Shown piece by piece: positions 61,825 through 64,000 of a stretch of 64,000 bases of DNA. Position 1 is the stretch's first letter. Every line of letters starts with the position of its first letter. The notes under the pieces were generated by a model that did no database searches, was not told the origin of the DNA, and worked only from the letters and a program-made list of their open reading frames with translations. The DNA comes from Flavobacteriaceae bacterium. Its GTDB lineage: Bacteria > Bacteroidota > Bacteroidia > Flavobacteriales > Flavobacteriaceae. The position numbers and the translations under genes were made by a program. The stretch is from contig JBJKVZ010000026.1 of the NCBI GenBank assembly GCA_045562345.1, positions 23,820-87,819 on the forward strand, read 5' to 3'.

Positions 61825-62472
61825 GTGTACGCAACAAACTTACAGACCGAGCTCTTTAAAATAAAGAAAAAATCCTCGAATAATTCTTTGTTATATGATT
61901 TTAATTTAAGTTCATTTTCTGACTTTAACTATGAAAAATTAGAGTCTAATAAGATTTTTCATATTTCTGATATCAAGAAAACTTGTATTGATTACAGACT
62001 TAGATTTTTAAATTTTAAATATTTCAAAGGGGATATTCCTGGTCATGCTAAAACACAAGTAAAAAGTTTTAAAAACGACCATAGACAAAATATATTAGAT
62101 CTTAAAATTATGGCTCCATCAAAGCTTTTTAAATTAAAAAATGCAGATGATCCACTTCTTTTCACATCCCTTGGTAATGATTATTTTTATTTAATAGATA
62201 AATGGGGAAATGATTTAAGTTATTTTAGGAAAATTTCTATGTGGCCATTTAAATCATTAACTAATATTTTGATTTTTGTTTCCATAATTAGTATTTTCTT
62301 AACAATGTTAATTCCTAAGGGAATATTTGTTTATGACAGTTCTCCAAAATCAGAATTTTTCATAACATATCTTTTTATGTTAAAGTCAGTAATTGCTATC
62401 GTCATTTTTTTTGGATTTTCACTTGGAAAAAACTTTAATACTGCTATTTGGAATAGAAAATATTTCAATTGA
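61825..62472 (+). CDS. hypothetical membrane protein (GTG start)
   Basis: 215 aa with a soluble N-terminal half and then two TM helices (ILIFVSIISIFLTMLI, SVIAIVIFFGFSL). No motif recognised. Confidence 0.55.
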   Translation: MYATNLQTELFKIKKKSSNNSLLYDFNLSSFSDFNYEKLESNKIFHISDIKKTCIDYRLRFLNFKYFKGDIPGHAKTQVKSFKNDHRQNILDLKIMAPSKLFKLKNADDPLLFTSLGNDYFYLIDKWGNDLSYFRKISMWPFKSLTNILIFVSIISIFLTMLIPKGIFVYDSSPKSEFFITYLFMLKSVIAIVIFFGFSLGKNFNTAIWNRKYFN

Positions 62473-62696
62473 TGATTAATAAAGACTTTATCATGATTTA
62501 TGAGGGTTCAATTATTAATACCAATAGATTAAACCATACACTTAGAGAAAACAACATTTCTCCAATTATTAAATGTGAATCTGAATCTGCTAGATTAGCT
62601 GGTTTTGGCATAATAAATGGTACTAAAACTCGTGTTTTTGTTCACAAAGATCAAATTAAGCATACTAGAAAAATTATGAAAAATTTAGGAATATAA
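62469..62696 (+). CDS. small DUF2007-like (putative signal-transducing) protein
   Basis: 75 aa. The pattern IYEGS...A..L...L.ENNI......ESE matches the small DUF2007 fold family. The start is uncertain (TTG 62469, ATG 62472 or ATG 62493). Confidence 0.45.
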   Translation: MMINKDFIMIYEGSIINTNRLNHTLRENNISPIIKCESESARLAGFGIINGTKTRVFVHKDQIKHTRKIMKNLGI

Positions 62697-64000
62697 TTTA
62701 TTTCTTAAATCTTTAATTTTTGGGTCATTAATATAATCATCAAACCTTGATAAACGATCAATTACACCTTTTGGAGTTAATTCAATTATTCTGTTCCCAA
62801 CAGATTTAGCAAATTCAAAATCATGAGTTGAAAGTATAACATTTCCGTTAAAATTTTTTATAGAGTTATTTAGAGCAGTTATGGATTCTAAATCTAAATG
62901 ACTTGTGGGCTCATCAAACATTATTACATTTGATCTTAACATCATCATTCTTGAAAGCATGCACCTTACTTTTTCTCCACCAGATAATACTTCTGAGGTT
63001 TTCAATGCTTCTTCACCACTAAAAATCATCTTACCCAAAAATCCTCTGATAAAAACCTCTTCTCTCTCTTCATCATTTTTAGCCCATTGTCTTAGCCAAT
63101 CTATCAAAGATAAATTGTTAGAAAAAAATGAGTTATTGTCAAGAGGTAAATATGATTGAGAAGTTGTCACACCCCAATTGTATTTTCCAGAGGTGGATTT
63201 AATTTCTTCATTTATGATTTGAAAAAAAGCAGTTGTTGCCCTTGAATCTTTGGAATATAAAATAACCTTATCTCCTTTATTAAGATTAAAATTTATTTTA
63301 TCAAATAAAAGTTCATTAGAGTCAGAGTAAGACAAGTTTTCTACATTTAATATTTGATCACCAGCTTCTCTGTCTGCTTTAAAAATAATCGCTGGATAGC
63401 GTCTGGATGAGGGTTTGATATCTTCAATTTTTAAATTGTCTAACATTTTCTTTCTTGATGTGGCTTGTTTTGATTTTGAAGCATTGGCACTAAATCTTGC
63501 AATAAAGTCTTCAAGTTCTTTTTTCTTTTCTTCGGCTTTTTTATTTTGTTGAGTCTTTTGTCGAAGAGCTAATTGACTTGATTCATACCAAAAAGAATAG
63601 TTACCGGAATAATGATTAATTTTTCCATAGTCAATATCAGAAATATGTGTACAAACTGAATCTAAAAAAAATCTATCGTGAGAAACTACTATAACCGTAT
63701 TTTCATAGTTTGATATAAAGTTTTCCAACCATTTAATTGTTTCAAAATCAAGATCATTAGTTGGCTCATCCATAATTAAAACATCTGGATTTCCAAATAA
63801 AGCTTGAGCTAATAATACTTTTACTTTTTGAATTCCATCTAGTTCATTCATCAATTTGTAATGAAGATCTTCCTTGATTTCTAAATTTGATAATAATGCC
63901 GCAGCATCACTTTCTGCATTCCAACCGTCCATTTCCTCATATTCAAGTTGAAGCACTCCAACACGGTCGCTATCTTTATCTGAAAAATCTGATTTAGAGT
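62685..64000 (-). CDS. ABC-F family ATPase (two ABC domains), N-terminus beyond the window end
   Basis: It has the signature LSGGEKVRCML, Walker B VIMFDEPTSHLD, the upstream-domain Walker B VLIMDEPTNDLD and an inter-domain linker rich in K/E. The frame remains open from 63956 to 64000 (..SKSDFSDKDSDRVGVLQLEY). Confidence 0.9.
   Translation of the reverse strand, partial: SKSDFSDKDSDRVGVLQLEYEEMDGWNAESDAAALLSNLEIKEDLHYKLMNELDGIQKVKVLLAQALFGNPDVLIMDEPTNDLDFETIKWLENFISNYENTVIVVSHDRFFLDSVCTHISDIDYGKINHYSGNYSFWYESSQLALRQKTQQNKKAEEKKKELEDFIARFSANASKSKQATSRKKMLDNLKIEDIKPSSRRYPAIIFKADREAGDQILNVENLSYSDSNELLFDKINFNLNKGDKVILYSKDSRATTAFFQIINEEIKSTSGKYNWGVTTSQSYLPLDNNSFFSNNLSLIDWLRQWAKNDEEREEVFIRGFLGKMIFSGEEALKTSEVLSGGEKVRCMLSRMMMLRSNVIMFDEPTSHLDLESITALNNSIKNFNGNVILSTHDFEFAKSVGNRIIELTPKGVIDRLSRFDDYINDPKIKDLRNKLYS

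Overview
The window is very AT-rich (roughly one-third G+C by eye) and about 95% coding. It looks like core chromosome from a Bacteroidota / Flavobacteriia-type organism. Supporting signs are DUF4136 and 'putative porin' type envelope proteins, a fused E1 alpha/beta dehydrogenase, TAnnTTTG -7 boxes and no Shine-Dalgarno sequences.

Content: I call about 50 protein genes, nearly all housekeeping. These are gltBD, rnhB, lipB, lysS, hemL, alaS, der, era, acn, aroC, dld, glmM, ggt, uvrA, holA, a DEAD-box helicase, a UvrD-like helicase, recG, pheT and an ABC-F protein. There is one initiator tRNA-Met and five intrinsic terminators. I see no rRNA, CRISPR array, IS element, integrase, phage genes or recognisable defence island.

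Novel system: I do not see a convincing novel multi-gene system. The observations most worth a second look are:
- Four reading-frame breaks (lysS, uvrA, a LOG-family gene and a small Fn3-like secreted protein). Three lie at short homopolymers and the lysS break is next to one, so they look like sequencing artefacts rather than real pseudogenes.
- All 11 convergent gene junctions have stop codons overlapping or no more than 6 nt apart. Every recognisable terminator hairpin sits at a co-directional junction instead.
- A tandem pair of diverged secreted paralogs of unknown function.
- A rhomboid protease whose first transmembrane helix is encoded upstream of any canonical start codon.
- A cluster of GTTCA/TGAAC half-sites with a 30-bp direct repeat upstream of the Fn3-like gene.
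- A 52-codon YqaE/Pmp3 gene with a TTG start that is missing from the ORF track.

Caveat: all product calls rest on motif recognition by eye, not on database searches.
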